The position numbers were made by a program, and so were the translations under genes. The notes under the pieces are model-generated. The model saw only the letters and a list, made by a program, of their open reading frames with translations. It was not told the DNA's origin and made no database searches. From the NCBI RefSeq assembly GCF_001194135.2, contig NC_068994.1:55835266-55888804 (forward strand): DNA of 53,539 nt. The letters run 5' to 3'. How positions within the stretch are numbered: the stretch's first letter is position 1; every line of letters starts with the position of its first letter. This document shows, piece by piece, positions 1-12,872 of this stretch. Source of the DNA: Octopus bimaculoides (taxonomy: Eukaryota).

Positions 1-1052
1 ATATATATAAAATATATATACCTGTAATTTGGGATTTTGTCCCTAATATTATATATATATATATATATATAGATATATATATATATATACATACGACAAA
101 TCTCTATGATATCTATCTATCTGTCTATCTACCTATCTATCGATCTATCTATCTATCTCTCTATATATTTACATTTTTATGCATATGCATATAAGTATGT
201 ATATACGTGTGTGTGCGCGCGTGTTAGTGAGTGTGTGCGCGCGCGTGTTTGTGTGTGTATGTGTGGTGTGGGCTTGGGGTGTGTATGTATCGTAGGAAAC
301 AGTGAAAAGACGGAAAGAAAATGAGAACGAAAATTTGAAAAATTATGTGTAGAAATTTGGGAAGAAGAGGAAAGAAAGAAATAAGGAAATATGTAAATGA
401 CAAAAGTAAGAAAGAAAGAAAGAAAGAAATAAAAAAATAAAGAAAGAAAGAAAGAAAGAAAGAAAGAGAGAAAGGGAAGTGGAAGGCAATATGTGTAAGA
501 TTGTGTCAGAATAATGTCGTTATAGCAACATCTCCATAAAACGGATGATCTGAAGTGGTGCTTTTATTGAAAGCTGCCATTTTATGGGTAACCTTTCCGT
601 GTATGTTGGAAAAGATTGCGAAGAGATGCATCTCAAAAATCAAATATACGCCATTCATGATGTTTACCAGCAGTTTGTATAACGTACAGGTAGGTGTATA
701 TAGCTGTATATATTTGTATTTCGGGTATTCACACACAGGTACCTTTATAAGCGAATGTGCCTGTATACATATATGTGTGTGTGTGTGTGTGGTACATTAG
801 CATCTTAGCGTTTGTAGAGAGACCAGTGTAACAGTATCGGTAATAAGGTCAGCAAACATGGCGGTTATATACGTTTGAATTATATTTAATATATATATGA
901 GTGTGTGTGTGTGAGTAATTAAGTATAAAATCATTAAAAATCAATGATTTTATCAGTGGCCAGCTTACAATAAAAACCATATAGGAAAAATCAATATATG
1001 TATATATATTTATATAGATTTAATTATAATTAAGGGCACTGAAGGAGCAACA

Positions 1053-1284
1053 CCTATACACTAGAAATAGACGTCAAATGACTCTGAAACTGCTTTGAAT
1101 TAGTACAAAGTTGAATGCGAGGAAAATGTATAAAAAAGATTTCGTAAAAGATTTTGTATAGTGTTAACCAAAAATAATTTTACGAAATCTTTATTATCCA
1201 TTTTTCTCGCATTCAACTTTGTGCTAATAGAGAGCAAGTTCAGAGTAGTTTGGAGTTAATTGACGTCTATTTCTAGCATATAGG
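1053..1284. repeat. About 230-bp imperfect foldback palindrome (MITE-like)
   Basis: Arms pair end to end (CCTATA..CTAGAAATAGACGTCAA; TTAG.ACAAAGTTGAATGCGAG; AAAGATTTCGTAAAA) around a central GTTAAC. Confidence 0.75.
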
Positions 1285-1579
1285 AGCTAAACATTATAAA
1301 TCGATATTTCGTTTTTGGATTTGGTTTCCAAGATTATTTATGTGAATTCGTGTATTGAAGCATATTCTGTTGTGTCTGGGAAAAGTCATTCTCTTTTTGT
1401 GACATTGAGTGGAAATTTTACCGGTGAGTGTGTTAAATTATAAGGCACTAAAATAAAATGACTCTCTCCAGACATAACAGTATATATTCATATATATATA
1501 ATGTATGTATATATANNNNNNNNNNNNNNNNNNNNNNNNNNNNNNNNNNNNNNNNNNNNNNNNNNNNNNNNNNNNNNNN

Positions 1580-1612
<33 letters not shown>

Positions 1613-1659
1613 TAGATAGATAGATAGATAGATAGTGAGAGAGAGAGAGAGATTTGCGA

Positions 1660-1798
1660 AGGGTTTTCTGTTTCTCTCTCAAATTCGCTCACAAGGCTTT
1701 TGTATAGTAAAAGATATCTTGCCCAAGGTGCCACGCAGTGGGACTGAACCCAGCATTATGTCGCTGGGGAACAAACCTCTTACCACACAGCCACAAGC
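1660..1798 (-). mobile_element. CORE-type tRNA-derived SINE family B, head and core
   Basis: Reverse complement reads GTGGCTGTGTGGTAAGAG..GGGTTCAGTCCCACTGCGTGGCACCTTGGGCAAG; ACCTTGGGCAAG is the CORE-domain hallmark. Confidence 0.8.
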
Positions 1799-2179
1799 AT
1801 TTATCATTTGGTGTTAAAACTTTCGTCGCACCAACTGCGCCCTTGTCAATGAACATTGTTCGACATTGGTATGAAACCAGAAATTTAGAGAATATGCAGT
1901 TTACTGGGCCTCACTGTGTATCTGATATTGCTCTGGTCGATTGTACAAGGGTTAAACAGCAGGAACACTGAATATGACTTAGGTGGAGGTAAATAATGAA
2001 ATGAAGCCACAATCTAATTAATATATAATGAGTGTTTAGGAAATAGAAACATCGAGTGCCTGATTAATTTTATTTTAATCTTTTGTGGCCAGCTAAGAGG
2101 ACATTGAAGATCATTTGAGAATGTTTAAGTAGGTGACACTACAGTGTCATCTCCTATCTCGCTCTTTTGTTTGTCTTTT

Positions 2180-2340
2180 GACGACGACGACGACGACGAC
2201 GACGATGATGATGATGATGATGATGATGGTGATGATGATGTTGCTGTTTATGATAATGATAAGTTCAGCGGTGTTGTTGTTGTTGTTGTTGTTGTTGGTA
2301 GTGACGCTATTGCTGCTGCTTATGGTGATGATGTTGTTGG
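2180..2340. repeat. Compound trinucleotide repeat (GAC)n-(GAT)n-(GTT)n
   Basis: Directly visible. Confidence 0.95.
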
Positions 2341-2916
2341 TTTTATTCCTTCTGCTTTTCTGGTTCAGTCCCATGTCAATTCTAAACTATCTCACGTATA
2401 ATAAAAAACTTCCCGCTCCCGAAAATAGGGGCAGGGGTGCTGAAAAGCTCAGCCATTTTACCCTTCGAACATCCGTAAAGCTCCGGCCTCTAGAACAACT
2501 AGGCTCTAGACTGAGTCAATATCTAAAAGAGAATCATTCAATATCTTCTATTTATACATATGATTAGACAATATGTGCTTTGAGGGAGAAGGGGCTGCTA
2601 TTTCCCCGATGTTATGTGCCTGCATGTTGGATTTCTCTTGGATTTATCGTTATATAAACTGATGGATGTAAACCCTAGCTAAGAATTCAAGACAGACTCT
2701 ATTTCTAAGATTTCACTATTCAATGCTTTATTATTATCATGTGCCCAGATGCAGTACCAGGCAGTGGTTCTCATGGCTTCTGATCTCATCTGATTGGAAG
2801 TGTTATCATGTACATTGTTTTGTCTTGGTATAAAAGATGAGCCACAGGAAACACTCTGCTCAGTACCACAGATTTGCTGGCTACTTGCTTGACATAACCA
2901 TTTGAGTATTTCCCTT

Positions 2917-2917
2917 A

Positions 2918-2975
<58 letters not shown>

Positions 2976-2986
2976 GATTATTATTA

Positions 2987-3017
<31 letters not shown>

Positions 3018-3031
3018 GATTATTATTATCA

Positions 3032-3081
<50 letters not shown>
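2917..3081. repeat. (ATT)n microsatellite with ATG/ATC interruptions
   Basis: Directly visible. Confidence 0.97.
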
Positions 3082-3487
3082 GGGAAAGGTACCATATGAT
3101 TTAAGTGTGACAGAGCTGCGGTTGGCCAATGTCGAGCGTCAGTATGCAGGGCTTCTCGCTAATTTGATTAATTAGGAGTCATAAACTATAAAAACTCCAA
3201 TCAGACCCTATATGAGAGCNNNNNNNNNNTGAGTTTCTTATTTATTTATTTAGGGGGGGGGGGAGATTCTGGAGAAGGAAATTTGTGATTTATGCGTGAT
3301 GGGGTTGATGTTTGTTCAAACTGAGTGTCAGCATTGAGGGCTTCTAGTTAGGGGTTGTAAACTCTCGATAAAAATAGAGGACTCCAAAAATCGAAAGGTC
3401 GTCTGAGTTGGATCACATTAAGCCAGTAAAATCTCTCTTTGTCATGTTATTCATATACGAATATAAGTAAATATTATCAATAAATAA

Positions 3488-3560
3488 TCTTGTTGAGGAG
3501 GTTTGTTTGAATTTCAGGATAAGGAAAATTTTCTTAGCATAGCACCAGACAATGTGAATT
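3488..3560 (-). mobile_element. Short Penelope-like ORF C-terminal remnant
   Basis: CLVLC*ENFPYPEIQTNLLNK resembles the PLE terminal C.LC..EK.....LLNKR motif. Confidence 0.3.
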
Positions 3561-4187
3561 AATTAATTTTATTGATTAGTTAATACTCTTAATTGAATAA
3601 TTAATTAATTAATTCTATATACTAAAAGTTATTTTCCTTTCTACTTTTGCTCCCGAAATATAAAATAAATAAATCATTTGTAATGTACACACAATAGAGA
3701 TACACAAAAGAAGACGTAATGACTGTTGAGAGGGCGACGATGATGATGATGATGATGGCAGTGGTAATAGTGGTGGTATTGTTGATGATGCTGATGCTGA
3801 TGATGATAACACTGATGAGGATGATGAGTAGGAGGAGGGGCAGGATGGTGATGGTGACGATAATATACAATGGTGTTAGTGGCAACGTATCAATAGTCGT
3901 ATCGTAATAATGGCGCTCATCATCAGCGTAATTAACAGCAAGCACCCACAATTATTTAAAAAACTGAGACTCAAGAAGATAACAAGTTTTGTTGATACCG
4001 TCCATTCTCTAACCGTCTCAGGAGAATAGATATCTATACACACGCAGATATACAATAATTTTGATGATCTGTGACAAAAGGCCGCGTGTTTCAGTCTTAT
4101 GGTATCTTTAGATTCGTCTAATGAATCTAATGAATTAGTTTGAAGCTATTGCCGTTTCTTAAACGTCATTATGAAATAATAATTCCA

Positions 4188-4540
4188 CTCATCCATCCCA
4201 TTTATCTGTACTTGCTATTCATGGGATGATCGTCTGAGAAAAGTCTCCAGGCACCTCCTCCATAAGGTCTTATCAGAGGTAACTATCATTACATGTCGTG
4301 GCTGGATTCCAAAGTGTAAATAAGACTATGGATATTATTCAACCATTTCGTTCATGATCTTCCTCTAGGTTTCCTGCCGCAGGGTAGAATCCGTCTTACG
4401 ATACTTCTGTGAGCTTCTTTCCACATAAAAGCTGTACCGGAATATTGACCTGGAAAGACTCCCTTATCTCCGAGCTACGTACTCTGTCGAGTGACGTTAC
4501 TCTAGAAATTCTACAGAGTAACCCCATTGTATGTATCGTT
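4188..4540 (-). mobile_element. 3' end of RTE-clade LINE
   Basis: RISRVTSLDRVRSSEIRESFQV and GRKPRGRS*TKWLNNI resemble the RTE ORF C-terminus; ends in a short (GGAT)n tail. Confidence 0.65.
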
Positions 4541-4657
4541 TTTAATAACGACTATTAATCCTATTTCTACGATTTTAAATCCACCCGCACAATCGCGCAT
4601 ATGCACGTGCTCGGAAATGCTCTTGACAAGATAGATCAAAGACGTTATGTACAATAT

Positions 4658-4850
4658 GGCATGGTTTAGTGGTTAGGATGTTGCACTCATGATCGCGAAA
4701 TCGTGGTTTCAATTCCTACACCTGGTGGTGCGTTGTGTTCTTGAGCAAAACACTTCATCTCACATTGCTCGGCGATCACTTCGACACCTGGCGCGTGTTA
4801 CACCTGTGTGCACCTGATCAGGTAACATCGTTCGGTAAAAGCTAAACATT
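4658..4850 (+). mobile_element. Another tRNA-derived SINE (CAT-anticodon-like head)
   Basis: GGCATGGTTTAGTGGTTAGG..CTCATGA..GGTTTCAATTCC followed by TTGTGTTCTTGAGCAAAACACTT, a SINE central-domain-like motif. Confidence 0.6.
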
Positions 4851-4902
4851 CATACGTCGCTTTCGACGAGAGAGTCTATCATACAATGTATAACATCTTT
4901 AA

Positions 4903-5118
4903 GGCGGTGAGCTGGGAGAATCGCTGGCACGCCGGGCGAAATGCTTAGCGGTATTTCGTCTGTCTTTATGTTCTGAGTTCAAATTCCGGCGAGGTCGACT
5001 TTGTTTTTCATCCTTTCGGGTCCTATAAATTAAGTACCAGTTGCATACTAGGGTCGATCTAATCGACTAGCCCCCTAGCCGCAAAATTTCTGTCTTTGTG
5101 CCTTGAGTACAAAAGAAT
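4903..5118 (+). mobile_element. tRNA-derived SINE family A, full-length copy
   Basis: A-box-like GAGCTGGGAGAATCG, B-box-like GAGTTCAAATTCC, core CATCCTTTCGGG..TAAGTACCAG..GGGTCGATCTAATCGAC; about 11 related copies in the window. Confidence 0.85.
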
Positions 5119-6004
5119 ACGTAACATCTTTGTAGAAAGAAAAATAAACATCAGAATATTTTCAAAGTCCTGTTGGGATTTCGTCCGCCATTGTATACGC
5201 TCATCAAATCTTCACACAGATTCTGCTTATAAGCATTTTATCTGTAGAAGCTTAAGCAAACTGGATAGAATGAACAGCATTTATATATATATATATATAT
5301 ATGTGATTTGTACACATATGCATATACATGTATGTATATTTGTGTGTATGTACAGAGAGATAATTAGATAGATAGACGGTGAATAAGTCAGGTAGTTAGA
5401 TATTTTTGAGCAAACACTGTATGAATAGACAAATTTAAACACCTATTTTTTATACTGTAATATCTTCGTGAACAGAAATATATCCCAGATAACAATTCAG
5501 AAATAGAGTACAACCTCCATTTCTTTGATCTCGAATGAGAAATAAGTAACAATACTATACAAGAAACAGCCAATCAATTTCGAATACTACTCTAAAGAAA
5601 AAAAGAAACCAAAAACAAAAAAAACAAAAAGCTTCTGAGAGCACGTGAAGTATATTAATCAAATGCATACCAAAATAAGGCGACGATTTTTCAGAAACAG
5701 CTCAGCATTAGTTTGAATTTCCTCATAGTATTAGGTGTTCAAATCTCCCAAGGAAACGGATGGTGGGGTGGAGTGCTAAAATTAGCTTCCCTCCTTCAAA
5801 AATAGATAAAATAAATGTAAATATATACATTACTGTCAATATAGCTGACTATATTTCTCACCTTATTATCTTACGCTGAATTTGTGTTTAGGTAAAAAAT
5901 ATCGATAAATTAGCAAATGATTAGCTAAAATATAAAAAGAAAATATTGGCGAATTTCATCGTTTCCTTTTATAGTCTGTCGTCTGTCTGTCTGTNNNNNN
6001 NNNN

Positions 6005-6067
<63 letters not shown>

Positions 6068-6106
6068 CATATATATAGGTAGATAGATAAGATAGATAGG
6101 GAGAGT

Positions 6107-6146
<40 letters not shown>

Positions 6147-6452
6147 GATAGATATGTATGAGGCAAAAAGGAGACACAAGTAATCAGAATACAACGAAAT
6201 GCAAAAGACGTTTGCAGTTCATAGAATTCGGTTGACGCTGAAGAAAGAAGCGTATGAATAAAATTTAAGACGTTTCGGTTACATTCTTTCTTCACGTACT
6301 ACAGGAACGTCCAAGGGGACTGGAAATATCAGGAAGAGGAGAAAGAAAGTGAATAAGAAGAGAACCACGAAGAATGCACCAATGCATCCGGTTCACATAT
6401 TCGACTACGCACACATAGACAAACACACACACATACATATATACGCATGTAA

Positions 6453-6523
<71 letters not shown>

Positions 6524-7142
6524 ATATTGTATAAAGAAACAGAGAGAGAAAGGGAGAGAGAGATGTGCGTGTTAACTATCTATATAATTTAAGATTATAG
6601 ACGCTTTTTCAACAAATATTGAAGAACCGGTTTCGTGCACGTGAGTTTGGAAAAACGAATCTCAGCACTCCTCAGAGAGGCTTCTATAAAAATCATTGCG
6701 CTAGTCCTTTGCCAGATAAGGTCAGAAATTGTCATATCTTTCTTTTGATGTAAGCAAATAAAGAAAATACAGAGGGAAGAGACCCAGAAAGAAAATCTTT
6801 GTCCGTTAGAGCTAAAACATTTTAATAGTAAACCAGACAATCCCATCTGATATTGTCATTGCATTTCACTGATTTTCTCCAGCGTTTTCCCTTTATTTCC
6901 GGGTTTTTACCACAACTGTGGGTTGAATGTCACTGATGAGTGCCGTTACAGGCTTTACCAAACTGATTGGTAAAACCGGGTGTAATGAGTCTATAATACT
7001 TTATCGTATAAATATCAACTCTGTCGACAAATATTCGCGTACGTATTTTTTTGACTTATAGATTATCAGACAAGTATATATCTACATATGCATATATATG
7101 TGTGTGTGTGTGTGTAGCAAATGAAAAAGAGGCTAATGTTAC

Positions 7143-7165
7143 CGGGCGAATACTTTACAAGCTCT
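7143..7165 (-). other. Possible 23-nt micro-exon (RACKVFA-R, phase 0 to 2)
   Basis: Textbook acceptor tttcttatttcttcacag and donor CCG|gtaaca; too short to verify. Confidence 0.2.
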
Positions 7166-7355
7166 CTGTGAAGAAATAAGAAATCCACGTAATCTATAGT
7201 TTAACAAATCGTTACCGATCCGATTTGTAAATCGAAAGTATAGCGACCAAGGGAAATTGGTAAAGTGTTACAGAGCATCAGAGAAAAGGCGAAACCGTAA
7301 TGAATATTGTTACATTTTATTATGTGTATAAATATCCATTAACTTTCTGCTTTTT

Positions 7356-7398
<43 letters not shown>

Positions 7399-8054
7399 AT
7401 ATTTTAATTTTCATTGGTTTCAACGAGAGGCTGAGGACACGCTGGAGCAGTGTTTTTCAGTGTGTCTGGCTTTCATTTTCCTGCTGTTTCGAACCACGTG
7501 TATATTAATGTATTCTTGCGCTTACATATATATATACATATATACAGAAGTATGAAAAAAACTGCAATTGAGTACATACACGTACACACACACACACACA
7601 CACACACATGTATAAATATCATGCGTACAAACAGTCACACACATATTCTCTTTCTTCCTCTCTCTTCTTCTTCTTCTTCTTCTTCTTCTCTCTCTCTCTC
7701 TCTCTCCCACCTCTTTCTCTTCCTCTCTCCTTCTCTGTTCCAACATTACCGATAATCCCCCCCCCCCCNNNNNNNNNNNNNNNNNNCCCCCCCCCGCTGC
7801 TGCAAACTATACACTTACAATGGATAAACCACAACAAACACAACACAACACAAACCAACGTAAATCTTTTACACCCAACTGGGTTTAAGTCTGGCTTGAA
7901 ATTTCAATAAGTATTAGTCATATTTATTAGTAGAAGAAGAAGAAGAAGAAGAAGAAGAAAACAGACTTTTCAAAAACAACAACATTTTAACAATGTAACT
8001 TTTAGTCTTTTTTTCCTTGTCTTTTATAGATTATTATACTTCATGTCTTCACCT

Positions 8055-8398
8055 CCTCCTACCATTCTTCTTCTTCTTCTTCTTCTTCTTCATCTTCTTC
8101 TTCTTCAACATATTGGCCTTCTACTTCTTCACACTCTCCTCCTCCTTCTCCTCCACCTCCTGCTCCGTCACATTATCATCATCATCATACTCCTCCTCCA
8201 CCTCCACTCTCTACTACCACATCCTCCACCACCTCTTCAACCTTCTCCTGCTCTTCCTCTCCTCTTCCTTCACCCCTCCTCCTCCTCTCACCATCATCAT
8301 AATCTTTGTTTTGCGTCATCGTCATCTTTCTTGTTTTCCTTCACCTTCTGTTGCCACCGCCGCCATCACTACTGTTGCTCCTACTGCTGCTACTGTCC

Positions 8399-8440
<42 letters not shown>

Positions 8441-8480
8441 TTACCCTCTTCCTTCTTCTTTCCATCACTCTCATTATCAT
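8055..8480. repeat. Degenerate compound trinucleotide tract (CTT/CTC/CAT/ACT)n
   Basis: Directly visible; source of the 205-aa low-complexity ORFs. Confidence 0.9.
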
Positions 8481-8822
8481 TACGTTCGTTCATTTTCACG
8501 TTACATTTTCCTTCCATTCACACATCTCAAGAAACTCCTTTTGTTTAAAAACTATTTGTTTACACGAAACTTTTGTCTTATTCTCTTTCTTTCTTTCCAC
8601 CTTCTGTTTTGTCTTTTTGTTTTTTTTTGCTTGAAAAAAAAAACAGAAGAGAAAGCATAAAACAAAAGAAATTGTCAGTTAAATGTCTACAAGTCAAAAA
8701 ACGAAAACTACAATTTTTCCAAAAATTTTTTTTCGTTTTTTTTCTTCCTCTCGCCATTTTTTTTTGTTTGTGTTTCTATGTCTTCTTCGTTACTTCAACA
8801 GAATTCTTCTTTCAACTTCGTT

Positions 8823-8891
8823 CTACAGCTGGCAGGAACTATATACATTCAGCGGATAGCCCAGGTTTTCTCTCTTGAATGCCAGCAAAAG
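8823..8891 (-). CDS. Candidate exon (phase 0): LLLAFKRENLGYPLNVYSSCQL-stop; either terminal or spliced at AAT|gtatat after 8847
   Basis: ttaattgacag acceptor; continues the 11219-11293 exon in frame (DEILA|LLLAFK). Confidence 0.35.
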   Translation of the reverse strand, partial: LLLAFKRENLGYPLNVYSSCQL

Positions 8892-8968
8892 CTGTCAATT
8901 AAAGCTAGCCAACCATTCTTCTTCTTCTTCTTCTTCTTCTTCTCCTTCTTCTCTATATCTACCTTTCT

Positions 8969-9001
<33 letters not shown>

Positions 9002-9602
9002 NNNNNNNNNNNNNNNNNNNNNNNNNNNNNNNNNNNNNNNNNNNNNNNNNNNNNNNNNNNNNNNNNNNNNNNNNNNNNNNNNNNNNNNNNNNNNNNNNNN
9101 NNNNNNNNNNNNNNNNNNNNNNNNNNNNNNNNNNNNNNNNNNNNNNNNNNNNNNNNNNNNNNNNNNNNNNNNNNNNNNNNNNNNNNNNNNNNNNNNNNNN
9201 NNNNNNNNNNNNNNNNNNNNNNNNNNNNNNNNNNNNNNNNNNNNNNNNNNNNNNNNNNNNNNNNNNNNNNNNNNNNNNNNNNNNNNNNNNNNNNNNNNNN
9301 NNNNNNNNNNNNNNNNNNNNNNNNNNNNNNNNNNNNNNNNNNNNNNNNNNNNNNNNNNNNNNNNNNNNNNNNNNNNNNNNNNNNNNNNNNNNNNNNNNNN
9401 NNNNNNNNNNNNNNNNNNNNNNNNNNNNNNNNNNNNNNNNNNNNNNNNNNNNNNNNNNNNNNNNNNNNNNNNNNNNNNNNNNNNNNNNNNNNNNNNNNNN
9501 NNNNNNNNNNNNNNNNNNNNNNNNNNNNNNNNNNNNNNNNNNNNNNNNNNNNNNNNNNNNNNNNNNNNNNNNNNNNNNNNAGGATCTGTTTCAAGAAAAG
9601 AA

Positions 9603-9604
9603 GC

Positions 9605-9670
<66 letters not shown>

Positions 9671-9677
9671 AATAAAT
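9603..9677. repeat. (AAT)n grading into (AAAT)n
   Basis: Directly visible. Confidence 0.95.
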
Positions 9678-9978
9678 AATCGTAAATTGCACAAGCAGAG
9701 TTTATCGACTGACGAAGCCGGGGGTGGATACACAACAGAGACTGATACGGTAGTTATGTACACACATGTTTACTGTACACTAGAGTATTGTTGTTGATGT
9801 AGGGTATTATTGCTGTAATAGCATTGTTTTAAGGTTACCCTTAACTGTGTTGAAGCTTGTCTCATATTATACGAATGCTCATCCGTGTGCGAACACGTGT
9901 ATTTCTGTGTATGTGTATGCGTGTGGTTTTGTGTGTGAAACTATCGGTTTATCTATGTCAATATATCCGTATATCTCA

Positions 9979-10144
9979 GGCAGGCGAGCCGGGAGAAACG
10001 TTAGCACGCCGAGCGAAATGCTTAGTGGTATTTCGTCTATCTTTATGTTCTGAGTTCAAATTCCACCGAGGTCGGCTTTACCTTTTATCCTTCCGTACCA
10101 TTTTACGTACTGGGGTCGATCTAATTGATTGGTCCCCTCCCCTT
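9979..10144 (+). mobile_element. SINE family A copy
   Basis: Aligns by eye to 4903-5118. Confidence 0.85.
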
Positions 10145-10589
10145 CTATATATCGGAGTAAACGCATAAATGTGCAACAAGGTGGAAAAAAGAGTACTCAA
10201 ATACCAGAGGTAGAGTAATATCCTTTACTGTCCGATGAACGGGAACATGAAACTCCGTGTAACAGTTTTTTTTTGTTATATTTCTGCTGCTTTTATATAT
10301 ATATATATACATATGTGTTAACTACACTTGGTCTACCATTTTCATAGCTTTATACACTAACTAGACTTGAACCTCAATATTTTTGCTTACGTTGAATTAT
10401 AAATCAAGATGGCAGTGCTGGAGAACAATTTTGTTTTATTAGGGTAGAGCAAGAATAATTAAATCGTATTTTCTCTTAAATATTACGTGCTGTCATTCCT
10501 AAAATAGTCTGGAAGCCAGAGACGCCGCAGATGGACAAAATCGATCAAGTCAATCAGGACATAAAACTGGTGTTTAGTTTTGGGTATTG

Positions 10590-10900
10590 AACTCAGATGC
10601 AAAAGGAATTTATACAAAATATATGTCATAAAATTTAGTGCAACAGTTGAAGAAATTTATTCAAAAAGCGGAATATCATAAATATTGTTCTCAGTGAAAC
10701 AGGTGGATAGCACAAGTCAGCATTAATCTACCGCAGAAAAGGTTCCAAATTATGTTAAATATCATCCATATGTGTTTATTATGCACCCACAAAGATATCA
10801 ATAAGTAAGAGGACATTACTTTCTGATGAGGTGAGAATAATAGCAAAACATGTTTCTTCTCATCTTCCGAAGAAAATGACAAAATAGCGGTAATTATTGA
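10590..10900 (+). pseudogene. Possible very old LINE endonuclease remnant
   Basis: ISSICVYYAPT resembles the IIQVYAPT motif; upstream ELR..YKIYVI..ILFS; many stops. Confidence 0.25.
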
Positions 10901-10950
10901 CAGTCATACTTCTTTCTTTTTCTTTAATTATAATAACCCTTATATTAAAC

Positions 10951-11046
10951 GAGTGGTTCCCAACCTTTTCACTACTAAGGACCCCGTTTATTAAAATGAA
11001 TTTCCCCACGGTACTACCTTCGCGAACGACAGGTTGGAAACCACTA
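10951..11046. mobile_element. 96-bp non-autonomous hAT (Charlie/MER5-like) MITE
   Basis: Termini GAGTGGTTCCCAACCT and AGGTTGGAAACCACTA match the CAGTGGTTCCCAAC-type TIR; flanking 8-mers TATTAAAC and TATTAGAT agree at 6/8. Confidence 0.6.
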
Positions 11047-11218
11047 TATTAGATATATCAATACTAACTTACCGATGGTTTGCTTGCTGGTAAAGCCTCT
11101 CAATTATTTAATTTTAAATATTTCATCTTTAAGATAAATACTACGAAATGCGCGCATCTATCGATCTGGATGGAGGGCGGTCCAAACAGATTGGGTGTAG
11201 TTTCACCTTGTTGCTTAC

Positions 11219-11293
11219 AGCAAGAATCTCATCCACGACGAAATGCAGTGAATGGTCTTCGTACGGGTTCGAATATTCTCCCAAACAATCAAA
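11219..11293 (-). CDS. Candidate exon (phase 0 to 0): FDCLGEYSNPYEDHSLHFVVDEILA
   Basis: ttttatcag acceptor, GCT|gtaagc donor, 75 nt, protein-like composition within AT-rich surroundings. Confidence 0.55.
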
Positions 11294-12308
11294 CTGATAA
11301 AATGTTTATATTTATAAAATGTATTTTCCGATTAGTTCAGAATAAAACTAGAACATATACGGAGTTGTCACACGTGTCTACCGGAGAGGAAAGGGCAAAA
11401 CAAAACACATTAGTTACTAAAAATATTCACTATATATTTTTATTTCGTGTAATTATAATAGCTATTAATATTGCATGTATTACATATGTTAACATTAACT
11501 TAACTAGCTGTAAAGCTTCGTCGGATTTAATTTACTTCTGAATCTATGATTCAACCGCTTTTTATACCGGACATAAATAATGAAAAACACTAAGTGAAAC
11601 GCATATATATACATATATATATGTGTGTATGTGTGTGTGTGTGTGTGTACAGAGATAGAGAGGGGCGAAGGAGGATTTGCAGCAAAATCAAAAAGTAGAC
11701 AGAGTGAGAAGAAGAGAACAAAGGCTGAGACTCAAACACAGAAGAGAGGAAGTACGAGGAAGAGAGATACAGAGAAAAATTTGATAAATGTCAAAAAACA
11801 CACACACAAAAAAAAAGCAAAAACGATAGCAGAAAAGCAGAGATTAAAACATATGGAACAACATAGAAGCTTTTTGCCAAAATTTGTACAACATTATCGT
11901 TTTATTCAGTGTTGAAATCACCAAAAAAGAAATTGAAAAAATATTACATGGAAAAAAGTTGCACTCCAAACATTTAAAATGTTTGGAGAAAAGCTATATA
12001 ATTTTTACATTTATTAACGATACTCGGCTTTAGCTCTCATAATCATTAAACACTATATTCACATAACATTAAAGATAATTTTTGGATATTTTAGTTAGTA
12101 AAAAGAAAATGGAATAAAAAGAGAAGCTGAATGCAATTAAATGAACATTTTTTGTCTTCCTTTTACAGTTATACATTAAACGTTTTTCCTCACACAACCA
12201 TTAAAATTTTGTCAGTCAACACAAAGCCGTAACGTTTTTGGGGAGTTTTTTATTATTATTTTTTCATACGCACGTTAATAACTACGGATAAAACATTGTG
12301 TGTGTGTG

Positions 12309-12364
<56 letters not shown>

Positions 12365-12840
12365 ACACACACAAACATACAGAGACAGGCACATGTACAC
12401 AAATATTCAAGAAACTACACGTGTAGGGATGTACAGTTATGTACGCGTATATATATTATATGCAAGCTTACATACATAAAAACAATCTATGCTAAGCATA
12501 TCTATGTATATATGAATATACAGCTAAAAGTATATATACTACATTATATATACGTATAGAAAATATACAGATACATATACATTAATATATACACACATAT
12601 GTGTAAATATATATAGAAGTCCCCGTAAACACAAACGTTAGGAAAGCAGTCCAGTAAGTGCATAAGAGTTATTTGAAGTCGTATCTTTGTATTGTGATGA
12701 AATTTGGAGGGAAAATATTTTGATATCAGTTTACCGTGATGACTCAGTGCTTGTGTATATACGTATATACCTCATATAATATATAATATATATCACACAC
12801 ATATATATATGTCTGTATGTACATACATACATACACACAC

Positions 12841-12872
<32 letters not shown>

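Noticed and set aside
570-600. RLPIKW on the minus strand as a tyrosine kinase subdomain VIII motif
   Set aside because: Not followed in frame by MAPE and not preceded by DFG; treated as chance or part of the speculative last exon.
4658-4730. tRNA gene (also the tRNA-like heads of SINE families A and B and 44461-44520)
   Set aside because: Cloverleaf stems are not intact and each runs into SINE body sequence.
6933-6965. CTGATGAG hammerhead half-site (similar partial motifs near 6270-6300, 9716 and 10230)
   Set aside because: The GAAA half of the core or helix II is missing; at most decayed Penelope-like termini.
8017-8660. 205-aa ORFs
   Set aside because: Entirely low-complexity compound trinucleotide repeat.
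11964-11988. 25-bp palindrome (and an 11-bp stem at 925-953)
   Set aside because: Short AT-rich hairpins are expected by chance or slippage; no supporting context.
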